A stretch of DNA of 52,739 nt from the NCBI RefSeq assembly GCF_001194135.2, contig NC_068984.1, forward strand, positions 34,901,779 to 34,954,517, read 5' to 3'. Of the stretch, positions 38,628-51,294 are shown one piece after another. Below the pieces are notes generated by a model. That model had not been told where the DNA came from and did not search any database. It saw only the letters and a list, made by a program, of their open reading frames with translations. The position numbers were made by a program, and so were the translations under genes. Position 1 is the first letter of the stretch. Each line of letters opens with the position of its first letter. The DNA comes from Octopus bimaculoides. Taxonomy: Eukaryota.

Positions 38628-38978
38628 CTGACAAATAAATATAAAATATGTGAAGTGGTCTACCCAGAAGAATTTTGGTATCTATGGGTTTATAATGAAT
38701 ATGACTTGAAATGTGAATTGTATACATATTTCACTAGTCAATGCGTGCTCAATTATGTTGTGCATGTTGAAGTCCTGTTTACATTTGTCAATAATATTCT
38801 TGTTAAAGAATAATAAATTTGTACGTTAACAACTGTATTGAGTAATCCTTCAGTTTAATAAAACATTATTTATTAAAGCATAAAATCAAAATGTGTGTGT
38901 GCGTATATATATATATGTGCGTATGTGCGTGTATGTATATATATATTTACATATGTTTCTTTGTAAATAAATATATGA

Positions 38979-39024
<46 letters not shown>

Positions 39025-39212
39025 ACATTCATATATTTGTTTAAAAAACTACATATACAAATATATATATATATATACATACGCACACGCATATATATTT
39101 ATATTTATATATATACATATATATAAATATATATGTATATGCATATATATATATGTGTGTGTGTATATATATATATACATTCATCAACGTACATACATAC
39201 GCTTATAGATAC

Positions 39213-39262
<50 letters not shown>

Positions 39263-40124
39263 ATGCATACACACACTTTCCTCAGACATACACACAGACA
39301 TGCGCACTAACACAGACATGCATATTCAATGGCGACTAAATAACTTTTGGGAAAATTTTACTCTAACACTTTTTTTACGATATTTTGATATTTTGATGCG
39401 TAGTCGTAATTTCAGCTATAAAGTGAATTAAATCTGTATAATTTAATATATAAATATATTCCAAGCATAAATATATTAATAAATTGCATTAAGTAAAAAA
39501 AAAAAAAAAGATACGAATTTTTTCAAAAAGAAAAATATTTGAAAATAAAATAAAAAGAAATTAAAATCATTATCTAATCAGATTTGAAAATTATACTAGA
39601 TAAGTTCAACGTTTAAGAAGCGTGAAATGGATAAAATAATTACATACTTCAGGAAATGAAAAATAATGTAAATATAAAACGTTTCAGGACATCTGTACGC
39701 ATTCACAAATATACTGATATATATGAGTTTGTATATATATATATATNNNNNNNNNNNNNNNNNNNNNNNNNNNNNNNNNNNNNNNNNNNNNNNNNNNNNN
39801 NNNNNNNNNNNNNNNNNNNNNNNNNNNNNNNNNNNNNNNNNNNNNNNNNNNNNNNNNNNNNNNNNNNNNNNNNNNNNNNNNNNNNNNNNNNNNNNNNNNN
39901 NNNNNNNNNNNNNNNNNNNNNNNNNNNNNNNNNNNNNNNNNNNNNNNNNNNNNNNNNNNNNNNNNNNNNNNNNNNNNNNNNNNNNNNNNNNNNNNNNNNN
40001 NNNNNNNNNNNNNNNNNNNNNNNNNNNNNNNNNNNNNNNNNNNNNNNNNNNNNNNNNNNNNNNNNNNNNNNNNNNNNNNNNNNNNNNNNNNNNNNNNNNN
40101 NNNNNNNNNNNNNNNNNNNNNNNN

Positions 40125-40157
<33 letters not shown>

Positions 40158-41989
40158 TATACGCATTAATATACGTATTAGGCTTCGAACCGATTATCGT
40201 TTCTGCGGGCCGTTTTCTTTGTCTTTGTTTTATTGTGTAAAATATTATGTTATATTAATGCGATTGTGAAATCAGATAAATATATTTTATATTTTCGTAT
40301 ACTGATATATACTATGGACATATGCTGCTGTATCATTTTGATTAAGATATACTTCAATGATTATTAATTCCATTACAGGATGATTACGCTTGATTTGTTA
40401 CAGTAGATTTATAATCTAATAACTTGTTTTTACATGTCTTAGATGTTTTCGTTTAATATGTGTTTTAACGTATTCTTTTGAATAGATTTTCCATTGCGAG
40501 CTTTCAAACAAAACCAAGTAAATTATGTAACACAAACATATTACTACAAGAAGCATAAGGTTTCATAATGCCAGTGTTTAACTAATTTTCAATAATATCT
40601 ACTAAATGAGATATAAACGATATCCTATGCAGAAGGCGGAGTAAATGTTTCGTATCGAAATAATTAAATAACCCGTTTATATAGTAGTAACATTTTCTGT
40701 CATCAGTACCAACTGAAAACTTTGCAAATCGAGTGTGTTTGACCATATCACGACATGAATAGAGCGTTACCCGTTTGTCAATTATGATATCTACTTAGAA
40801 GATTGGCGGCAAAAGCTACTCAAAATATCGAAATTGTGTACGGCTGCACACAATCACACCAAAACTCTCTCGCGCACACACACTCATAACACATGTGTGC
40901 ATTTACATGTAATACATATGTGTGTGTATGGATGGATGTATATACATTATTTAAGAAGGTCGGCTTTCGCTCTGAAAGCGACGCCAGTATAACACAATGA
41001 TGAACGAGAAAAAAAAACCAAACATTTTCTTCGGAATAACAGTGAAGTGTGTGGCATAATATTTAACATAGGGAAAGGAACATAACTGAAACTATGCATT
41101 AAAACAATTGAAAAACATTAAACTGTTTATTAGTATTATTTTACTTTGGCTTTGTGAAGTAGGGGCTGAACTTCATTAGTTGATTCAGCTAAGTTTAACT
41201 TCAAAAAATTATGCACTCTTTAGATTTGAGACAGACGGATAACTATTTTTGGACAATATTATATTAGCGTAGTTGTCATCAATTATCATAATGATTGATG
41301 GAGATATTTTCATGATATAATTAATCATGATGTAAATAATTATATGATAAATTGCTTGATTATAATATGTGTTCAAATGATTCAGGAGTTCTTCCTCTAG
41401 GATGAAATGAACATCAGATTTGCTTCATAAAGTCTCGCGATTAAAAATATTTCACATAGTTCCATTTTTACGCATTTGGTATTATGTGACAATTCGAAGA
41501 ATCGTTTTATGTTAAACATTTGTTTCGATTTAAACGTTGTAAATTTCAAATGATTTTATAATAATAATAATAATAATAATTATTATTATTATTATTATTA
41601 TTATTATTGTTAAAGAAGGTGAATTGGAAATCTAATAGTCATTCTCAAATCAATTCGAGAGTGCGCTTACGTCTACTCAGACTCAATAAAAGCGTAAGGA
41701 TATCGCTTGACACAAATATATACAAGCATCATCAGAATTATAATAATATTTTTCTTGCAATAACTACCGAACAATTCCAAATAAATAATGTATGTTTGAA
41801 TGTATAAAAGTCACACTTCAAAGTGAAGAATTGGAATACAAATTAATTATTAATACATAATAAACCTGCTACTATTAAGAAGTATGTTTGCGCCAGACAT
41901 ATAACATCAATTATACAAACTACTCATGCAGGGAAGTAGACACATGCGCGTGCTCACACAACACACACACACGCACGCGCACGCACGCA

Positions 41990-42028
<39 letters not shown>

Positions 42029-42164
42029 AACATAAACACTTATAGTAAACCTTATCAAACTCAAATTAAGTAGTGGTCCTTTACGCTGGGATACATAATG
42101 AAAATGGATATTATTGGTCCAGAAATATGTTATACATACAGAACGGTTTACTGCAGAAAGTATT

Positions 42165-42204
<40 letters not shown>

Positions 42205-42226
42205 CNNNNNNNNNNNNNNNNNNNNN

Positions 42227-42258
<32 letters not shown>

Positions 42259-42544
42259 CTTAGTCCTTTACCTTCTGCAACTTTTGAGCATCAGCCATGA
42301 TGGGTTACCACCATGGAGGAGTTAGTGCAATACATTGACCCCAGTGCATACGTGTTTTAAATTTGGTAGTTAATCTGTCAGCAACTCACGGATACGCAAA
42401 CTAGCTAAACGAAAACAGGTCGTGAAATAGTGATAGACTCAAACAAACACACACATATCATATTCTTTCATTTCCCTTCTAGTGCATCCAGTGAAACGGT
42501 CTTGGTCCTCCCCGGGCTACAGTAAAAACACAGGTCTTGAACCC

Positions 42545-42605
42545 AGAGCTGAACCCAGGTCTTGTCGTTTGAAGGTAAGCTTCTTAGCCACACAATCATG
42601 CCTGA
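42545..42605 (-). mobile_element. Degenerate SINE family A head remnant
   Basis: Reverse complement CAGGCATGATTGTGTGGCTAAGAAGCTT...GGGTTCAG resembles the family A head. Confidence 0.4.
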
Positions 42606-43539
42606 AAATTTAATACATTTCTCAACCAATAATACAAATTACCTATACTGTAAAGTTAATACAATAAGATAATATTCTCTTTCAGTCTACAAATTATTCG
42701 TTTGTATCAATAAATATGTAATACACCTTTTGGTTTTTGCTTATTTAGTATGTATGTTATGCCTTCTTCTGTATAATATTGTGCATAATTCAACAGTAAC
42801 CGAATGATTAGAAGTTTTGATTAGTTGCTAAAATACCGAGGGAGAATATTTTAAAAAATAATGAGGTCAAAGATGGTGTGTTTAATAACTATTCGGCACT
42901 GGGAAATTTGATGCAGTAGTACGTGTGTTCATGAAGTCTCAAGCTGTACATATGTTGCACAGCTATTTTGCAAGAAAAAAAGTACTTCTCAGCAATAGAA
43001 AAGCGTAGGATTTATATATGTGTAAGAATTTATTCATGTGTACGCAGTTACGTATGTATGTATGCATGTAAGACCCTTACAAGTATGCTTGTGCGTGCGC
43101 GCGTGTGTGTGTCCGTGTGTGTGCTGGTATGTGTAGATTCCTTTACATATATGTATATGCAGAGAGAGAGAGAGGTGGGTAGGAATATAGGGAGAAAGAT
43201 AGAGAGGGAGAGAGATGGAGGTTGAAAAACAAGCTGTCTGTCTTTCTACCTCTATATCTCCCTCTCTCCCTTTCTCTCTCTATATATATATATCACTACT
43301 TTTCCCCTCTCTCTCACTCTCTCTATCTATATATATATATACGTATATATATATAAAACTGAATAAGCATATTTGTGTCTGTCTACATTTCTGTCTAGAG
43401 GTCTCTGCCTTTGTACACCGACACATATACACACTCATGTATACAAACTAGATATAAATACACTTATTCATATTTACACTCTAACAGATATATCATAAAC
43501 ATGTATTTACGTATTTAACTATATATATATATATACACA

Positions 43540-43541
43540 TT

Positions 43542-43600
<59 letters not shown>

Positions 43601-43670
43601 GCGTGTGCGCATAAATATTGCTTATACCATTACATACATGTGGATACGTGTAGGTATACAAACATACATA

Positions 43671-43709
<39 letters not shown>

Positions 43710-43720
43710 GAGAGAGAGAG

Positions 43721-43778
<58 letters not shown>

Positions 43779-43780
43779 CC
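43540..43780. repeat. Compound microsatellite (TG)n-(GA)n-(GATA)n
   Basis: Directly visible. Confidence 0.95.
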
Positions 43781-44341
43781 ACCACACACAGTCTGCATAG
43801 CTATACATAGACACACTCACGGATACACATGTATACTGTGCACACTTCTTTAAACAGCTTGTTCACTGCTATCACGCTCTTATTCTGTACGATTGATCGA
43901 TCGATCGCTTCAGTAAATTTCTACTAACCCTCGCCTGTAGGTACTAGAAAGATAAAGTCTACCGTAAAGCGGTATCAACAATAAGAATGCTGGGAAATAA
44001 ATAGATTAATCAATAATATCCTGTTTGAGCAAACGAAGCAGTTTTTACCGTTTCCAATTTCCCTTAGATTCGGTCGGACACAATAGATCTTCCTTAACAA
44101 TATAAGTTTTGCTACTATATACAAGTGTCGTTAAATATTTAGAAGCCATCATTTTTAATTCGCTTCATTCTTACACCCATTTTTTTTCTTTTCCATAGAC
44201 ATGTAGACACAGAGACACACACAAACACACCCACCCACACACACACGCACACACATACACATACACACACATAAAACGTTCACAGTGACAAGAATGGAGA
44301 GAGACTGTGAGGTATATTGGAAGAATAGAAATATTACGATA

Positions 44342-45265
44342 CGGGGTCTGATCAAAATGTATCGGGATTAGTGCTATAAAAAGAAAACAACAACACATAT
44401 CAATTTGTCATTAAATCTCCTTTGAAGTAGCCTCCTTTTGAAGCCATACACTTTATCCAGTATCGTTTCCATTGATGGAAGCATTCCTGGAATTCCTTTT
44501 CGGGGATATTGAGCAGCTGCCGCGTCGCATTTTCTTGAAGTTCCCCAATCAACCAAGTATAGGGAATGTTTCTATGGTTACGAAGCTAACATATTCAGAG
44601 TAAAATTGTTTGGTACAGATTGACCTTGCACTCTGTCGTGCAAGCACTCTAAGGTTGCATATTATGTTCTCGCATGCTATGTTCCCGCACGTTATATTCT
44701 CGCTCATTTTCGTGGTTTCTTTTTTATAGTAGTGCTTGGAAGACACCTGCCTCCCCGAGCCCGAACAAAGCACAAAGGTCTCAAAGTAATATGACGATTT
44801 ATTCAAGATCAAGGGTATTGTTCGTATTGAGTATGCTCAACCTGGTCAAACTATAAACAAAGTGTACTGCCGTGACATGCTGCAGCGTCAGTTGAGTGGC
44901 GACTTCACTATGATAAAGTGCTATCCCAATCAGCTCAGATTGTGCAGCAATTTTTGGCCAAGGAGATCATTTCCTACGTCATACCCTATTCCCAAGATCT
45001 CTTCCGCTGCGACTTTTCTGTCTTTCCAAATTCCAAACCCCACTTGAAAGGAACAAGATGTCGAGGAAATTGAAGAGAATGTGACGAGGAATCTACCCAC
45101 TTTTCCAAAAGGTAGTTACAGGAATGCTTCCATCAATGGAAACACTGCTGGATAAAGTGTATGATTTCTAAGGAGACTACTTCGTAGAAGGTTAAATGCG
45201 GAAATGATATGTATACTAATTAAATTTTTATAACACGAGTCCCGATTCTTTCTGACTATACCTCA
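44342..45265 (+). mobile_element. Rearranged mariner derivative whose left arm is an inverted copy of the transposase 3' end
   Basis: TA at 44340-41 and 45266-67; degenerate TIRs; plus-strand YGYEA, WKTPASPSPNKAQRSQSN and ...CFHQWKHCWIKCM; minus-strand KEFQECFHQWKRYWIKCMASKGGYFKGD at about 44415-44500. Confidence 0.85.
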
Positions 45266-46913
45266 TAAATAAGTGCTTATATATGTCTGCATATACATGT
45301 GCAAAATGAAATAATTCTCTTACTACCACTTTGTATGAAACTGCTTCTATATTCCTAAATATCATATCGTGTGAATATAATTGGAATATTTCCTGAATTC
45401 TCGAAATACATTATTTATTGAATTAACTGTCGTCAAGATGCGGATGCTAATTTTACTACGTTCTTATTTACCGTTTTACTTTCATTTCTGTGTTGTGTTT
45501 CCAATAAGTATCCGCTCCTAAACCTCAAAATAGAACAATGCAGAGATGATTAGAATATAAAAAGCACGCATACATAGACACATACACAGATACATAGACA
45601 CAGACACACACATACCTACAGAAACACACACAGCTTAAGTTTCTGTTGTATTTTTATTTGTAGTTCAATTATTATCAAATATCACATTCTTATAACATTA
45701 ATCAAATACTCAAAATTTCTGCTCGTTGTTTTCGTAACGCGAATTCCAAAAATTATATATATATCCCAGTCAGACAACATCTTACCGGTAACTGAAATTG
45801 CGCAAATTTTGGTAATGCGTGACAGTAATTTCAATGTTTAGGTCTGCTCATCTTTATTAAATCATATGTATATGTGTTTCCATATGACTGTGTGTGGGGG
45901 GGGGGTTGAGAGAGAGAGAGTGTATTTGTATTGCTTATGGTTCTCGTACCTTTAAAGTTCATATACTCTCACTGCCTCTCTGGCTGTGGTTCAATATCGT
46001 GTGTACCAGTAATATTTTAAATGCGAATGCAGCCGATTACACACTACCTCGGCGAAAGAGAAACATATCTTTTGTTCAATGTCAATATAAATCAATATGC
46101 CATTGAAATGTTACAAAGTGGAAAAGAAAGGAAAGACAATCCAATTATTCCAGTACTGCATAAATGAATTATACATACAAATATATTTGGCAGAAGCATA
46201 CCTATTCAGAAAATGTCGCTATGATCAGTCCGACGCTGCGATAAACGTAGGAGAAAAAACTCAAATTTTATGATAAAGTATTAGATTATCTTATATTATT
46301 CTACATTATATTATGCTACTTTATATTATACTGTAGACATTATGTCCATTTTACCCAAATTATGTACTGCATGTAGCTAAATTCAACATTGAAAACAGCA
46401 GTGACGCACAATTGACGAAACCATATCATGAGCTTGGAATGTAGAGTTTATTTCGTTCATCGGCTAAAGCTACTTGCCATAGAATATTGCCATATTATAG
46501 GAAAGAAAGTGCTCTCATATGTACTAAACAACACAGAGACCCCGGAACAAATTTTCAGTTAAACAAACTGATTGACATTTCGATACACGTTGAATTACTT
46601 CAGCTTGGAGCTCACAGACTCACTAAAGTTTCGCTTATTTTTTTTTTACTTCAAATGCAGCAAACAACTTTTTACATGGAGCTGATTCTTTGCTTATAAA
46701 CTTCATCCAATTTTATTCGACCCACTCGACTCAATCTACATTGCATCTCAGCCTCTTGTGCTATATTACTTAACTACATGCCCCAATAGGTAAATTAAAA
46801 ACAGATACATAATTCCTAATATAGCTATATTGCTGTACTTTACAAACAGACTTCAATAAAAATCAGGCAGAACTCTCTAATTTCACGATGTTTTTTGTTA
46901 TTCCTATGTTCAG

Positions 46914-46961
46914 AACCAATTCTTACAATACAGCTAAAGCTGCACTCCAACAACTATGCAG
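46914..46961 (+). CDS. Candidate exon (48 nt; phase 1-1 PILTIQLKLHSNNYA or phase 2-2 TNSYNTAKAALQQLC)
   Basis: CTAAT branch point, acceptor TTTTTTGTTATTCCTATGTTCAG|, donor CAG|GTCAGG, symmetric length. Confidence 0.3.
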
Positions 46962-47059
46962 GTCAGGATATCTTTCATCGTTGCACATTTGCTGCCCGGG
47001 TCATAAAGAATGAGAATGAAATAAGGATGCACTATGGGGCAGCTTTCACAACTACGGCA

Positions 47060-47110
47060 GTGCTGCTACTACAACTACTCCAGTTGCGGCTGCTGCTGTT
47101 ACTACCACTG

Positions 47111-47174
<64 letters not shown>

Positions 47175-47175
47175 C
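47060..47175. repeat. (CTA/CTG)n trinucleotide microsatellite
   Basis: Directly visible. Confidence 0.95.
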
Positions 47176-47879
47176 CAAGGCTGTATCAAATCACAGCAAA
47201 TAGGTGAGACTCAATCACCAACGTTCAGCAAACTCTACTCCACGGAATTTTACTACACTTGCTTCTATTCCTCTGAAATTTATAATTACAAATAACCTAC
47301 ATAGAGTCACTCGATATAGCTGTATCTCAAAATGTGACCGAAAGAATATTATTCCGTACCAGTCAATATGCAAATCTTCAAGTCCAATTCGTAGGGTTTA
47401 CATCCACAAACTACCTTTATTTCTTGATATGATTAATTGCAAACGTTCGAATCTGAATTCTGATTATATAACCGGAAAAAAAAACGTGACATGGTTATGT
47501 TAACATACCCGATTCTCGGCTAAGCAATGAAGAGCGGATCCTCCGTTTATTTACATAAAAACAAATTATTTTGTTGTGTGTCTGTTTAACATAATATGAT
47601 AAAAATCAACTGTGATGTTTTTCTTTCAAAGTAAGACAAAGGAAAATAACAGAAACTGAACATTAAGTAGATTTGTTTAATCTAGTTTCCATCCAGCTTT
47701 TTTTTCTATTTAAACTAGCTACAATTGAGCAATTTTGCTTAAAATGGTTTAAATTTAACTTTCTTCTCTAAATTTAACCTTGTATAAATTTAGGGTTTTT
47801 TTTTTCTGTGTGTTTAAAATTAACTTTAAAACAATTCCAGTCATATATCCACCCAATGAGAGGGTCTCTATAGCGTCAC

Positions 47880-47931
47880 CTGATAAGAAAGCAATAGCAA
47901 GTACTTCTCCTTCAAAATATGATTTCATTTT
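47880..47931 (-). CDS. Candidate exon (52 nt, phase 0-1; KMKSYFEGEVLAIAFLS)
   Basis: Acceptor TTTCTTTTCTCTATATATAAG|, donor CAG|GTGACG. Confidence 0.2.
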
Positions 47932-48477
47932 CTTATATATAGAGAAAAGAAACTGTCTAATCCGAGATACCATTACCAAAACCAAATGGTCTTAACTGGA
48001 ACGTCATTGATCTCATATTTACTCAATGTTAAAAAAAAAAGGTTAAGTAATAACAATCATAATGCATCAAAATACTCTCGCCATAATTTCGATGGCTCCT
48101 CATACTAATAGAACGAATAAAGAAACATAAAAAATATAACACTAAAATATAAACAGGACGTCAAAGTTATAGTTAACAATAATCTAAGAAAGTATGCCTC
48201 AAACTAAAACTGAAGAGAATTATAGATGAGATGAAAAAGTCGTCAAACTTAGTTTCTCAAAGTCATTATACGTGCACACCTTTGGGTGTGTAATGTGAAT
48301 GCTTCGATGTCACTAGGTGTATTCGAGTGGTTTTCTTTTCACATACATCTGATTTTACAAAGCCAGTGTTCGAAATACAGCAGCTGCACTCATTGAACTG
48401 AAGAATCAGAACACACATATACCATCATATTTACACACATTATATATACATATCCAACATCTATTTAGAATAACAAA

Positions 48478-48628
48478 GCGTTTAGTCGATCACATCGACG
48501 TCAGTATTTGACCGGCACATAATTGTATGCGATCTCAAAGGATTAAATGCAAAATTTGGAAACGGAGTGTCAATAGTGTTAGTTATTTTGGCAGACGCAG
48601 TAACGATTCTGCTGGTTCACCGACTTAT
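48478..48628 (-). mobile_element. SINE family B, degenerate with deletion
   Basis: AGTCGATCACATCGACGTCAGT... and ...TAACGATTCTGCTGGTTCACCGACTTA resemble the family B core and head end. Confidence 0.55.
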
Positions 48629-51092
48629 ACAATTTTTGTTTGCTTAACCTATGATCGTTCTTGCAATTTGTAGCCGTTACACTTGACTATTTATGTAGTT
48701 TTAAACAATAAATTCTTGTCTCAGCAATAGTATGCAATGGAAAACCATCATATCAAATTTACAATGCTTGGCACCGGGGTTCAGATGTATAAAGTTACGT
48801 AAGAAAGGTACAGTTATAAAGTTTAACAATTGAAAGTTCGTAGGCAATAAATCATAAGGAATCAATATGGTAATATGATACTGATTTTACTGTGACCGTT
48901 GCGTTATATATTCGTAAGTAGGGACTTTGACGATATGAATTGCTATAATCTGAAAATTATAAATTTTTCCTTAACCGGAATTTCCAGAAATGTATCCCGT
49001 TTTCATGGTGTATGCCACAAATTAGTAGAATTTTATATAGATATATAATAAACCAAACCTCCATAGCAGTGGACCAAGTAAAATTACTTGTTTGACTAGT
49101 TTTATGTAAGTGATCAGCGTTTGATTTACAATATAAAATCACGAGTAAATTTTCCAAGGTACATTTTAAGTGCCCAGTAGAGAAAAAAAATAATATGGAA
49201 GCACAGTATTGTTGCTGACCATTCAAAAGCTTGATATTTTAGATGCATTTTGCAATATCAAGAGTTCTACAATAGCATAAAATAAACATTTATCTAACCG
49301 TAAAAATAATGTGTTGATTTATCCCACTACGAAGTTAGATGCCAGATTGAAAAAATAAATCAGCAAATATTTTAGTACATACTCCACAGAAGATGATGTA
49401 TAATACAAGACAACTAAAAACATAGAACTATTATTAGGAAATATCCCACAAGATATACGTGGGCCTTTACGGTAAGATACGATCAGCCGCCTGTTATTAT
49501 TAAGAATTTCGATATTTTCATTTTCATAGCGAACATATGAACATTATATGTATTTATTAAACTCTGTATATTTGATATGTGACATTTCGGTCATTGACTG
49601 CGAAGCCAGAGAATGTTTTAATATGTGTGAAATATTTCATCTTTGTTGCCTGCGGTTGCATGACCAAACAGTCGGAAGTTTTATTGATGTTGATGTAACA
49701 TTAATCACTACCCACCACTATCCAAAGCTTTTCATTCGTCCTTAGAAAAGTAAAGGAAACATTAAAATATATAAAAATGTATGTATATGTACATCTCTAC
49801 ATATGTAAGTATATCTTATCCCACTTATCTTTTACTTCTTTCTCTCATAAGAGTACGGCCATGCTGGGGCACTCACTTTTTTGTATACTGATGAAGTAAC
49901 TACTATACTTATCAGTATTACTAATTTTGGTGCGCAAATCCAATGTGTGAGAAACTACGATAAGCACTAGTTTATGTAATTTGTGCCTTCATATGTTTGA
50001 CAATTTTGGTCGTTTATGTCATCTCCCCGCATAAATTTGTGAATATATATATATATATGTATGTGCGTGTGTGTGTGTGTGTATGTATATATGTGTATCT
50101 TACGTCAACACCTTAAATTATAAACAATTTCAGTTTGATTACTAACTTATGCTTTCATATTCTGTAAACTTAATCAATACTTATTTGTTTATTTGCGTAA
50201 AGAGGACGAACATATTCTAGTTCATGCTAAAACAAATAACCACAAAATGTTATTCCCTTATTAGCAAAATAATTATCATGTAAAGAAGAGTATTACTAAA
50301 CAACCAAAGGAAAAGTAAACAAATACAAACATATGCAGTGTCAATTAGCGAATTACTACTTGGGATATTTCAGATCAGGCACGACTTTGCCAAAATGTTA
50401 TGCATGGAGTTAAAACAAAAACTCCATCACTGAAAGCTATATTTAAAAGCACCAGAACGTAATTGAATACTGTCACAACATGCTACGAATATTTTATTTG
50501 AAATTAATTAAAGAAGAATTCTTTTAAATGGTAATTGGATCTAATTTTAAATTTCGAAATATTTTTAAATGAAGTGAACAATTTCTTTTTATATATTTCT
50601 GCTAGAAATAGTCATTAACAAGGTTCTGTGCTAAATTCTAACAACACAAACGCATGCACGCACACACACACTAACACACATACAAACACATAGACACACG
50701 CGCCCACATATGCATGCACATATCCTTAACTAACTATCCATTTCTCTCTGAATATAGGCACACATATATGCACGCATATGCATATATATATATATATATA
50801 TANNNNNNNNNNNNNNNNNNNNNNNNNNNNNNNNNNNNNNNNNNNNNNNNNNNNNNNNNNNNNNNNNNNNNNNNNNNNNNNNNNNNNNNNNNNNNNNNNN
50901 NNNNNNNNNNNNNNNNNNNNNNNNNNNNNNNNNNNNNNNNNNNNNNNNNNNNNNNNNNNNNNNNNNNNNNNNNNNNNNNNNNNNNNNNNNNNNNNNNNNN
51001 NNNNNNNNNNNNNNNNNNNNNNNNNNNNNNNNNNNNNNNNNNNNNNNNNNNNNNNNNNNNNNNNNNNNNNNNNNNNNNNNNNNNNNNNNNNN

Positions 51093-51126
<34 letters not shown>

Positions 51127-51294
51127 CATATATACAACGCGCTGAGATTAGATATTTTACACGTTTAGATATATCTAATATCTATCTGTGGTGAAAATTT
51201 CAAGTGAATGGAGTAAATGTTTCGTAAATCAATTGGAAATAAGCAATCTTCTAAATTGCAGCGGTCAACATTTAAGTGTCACTTAAAAAAAGAA

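Noticed and set aside
46895-47503. About 200 codons in one frame with a single stop
   Set aside because: Part is a (CTA)n repeat, and a ~99-codon open frame is within chance expectation for this window.
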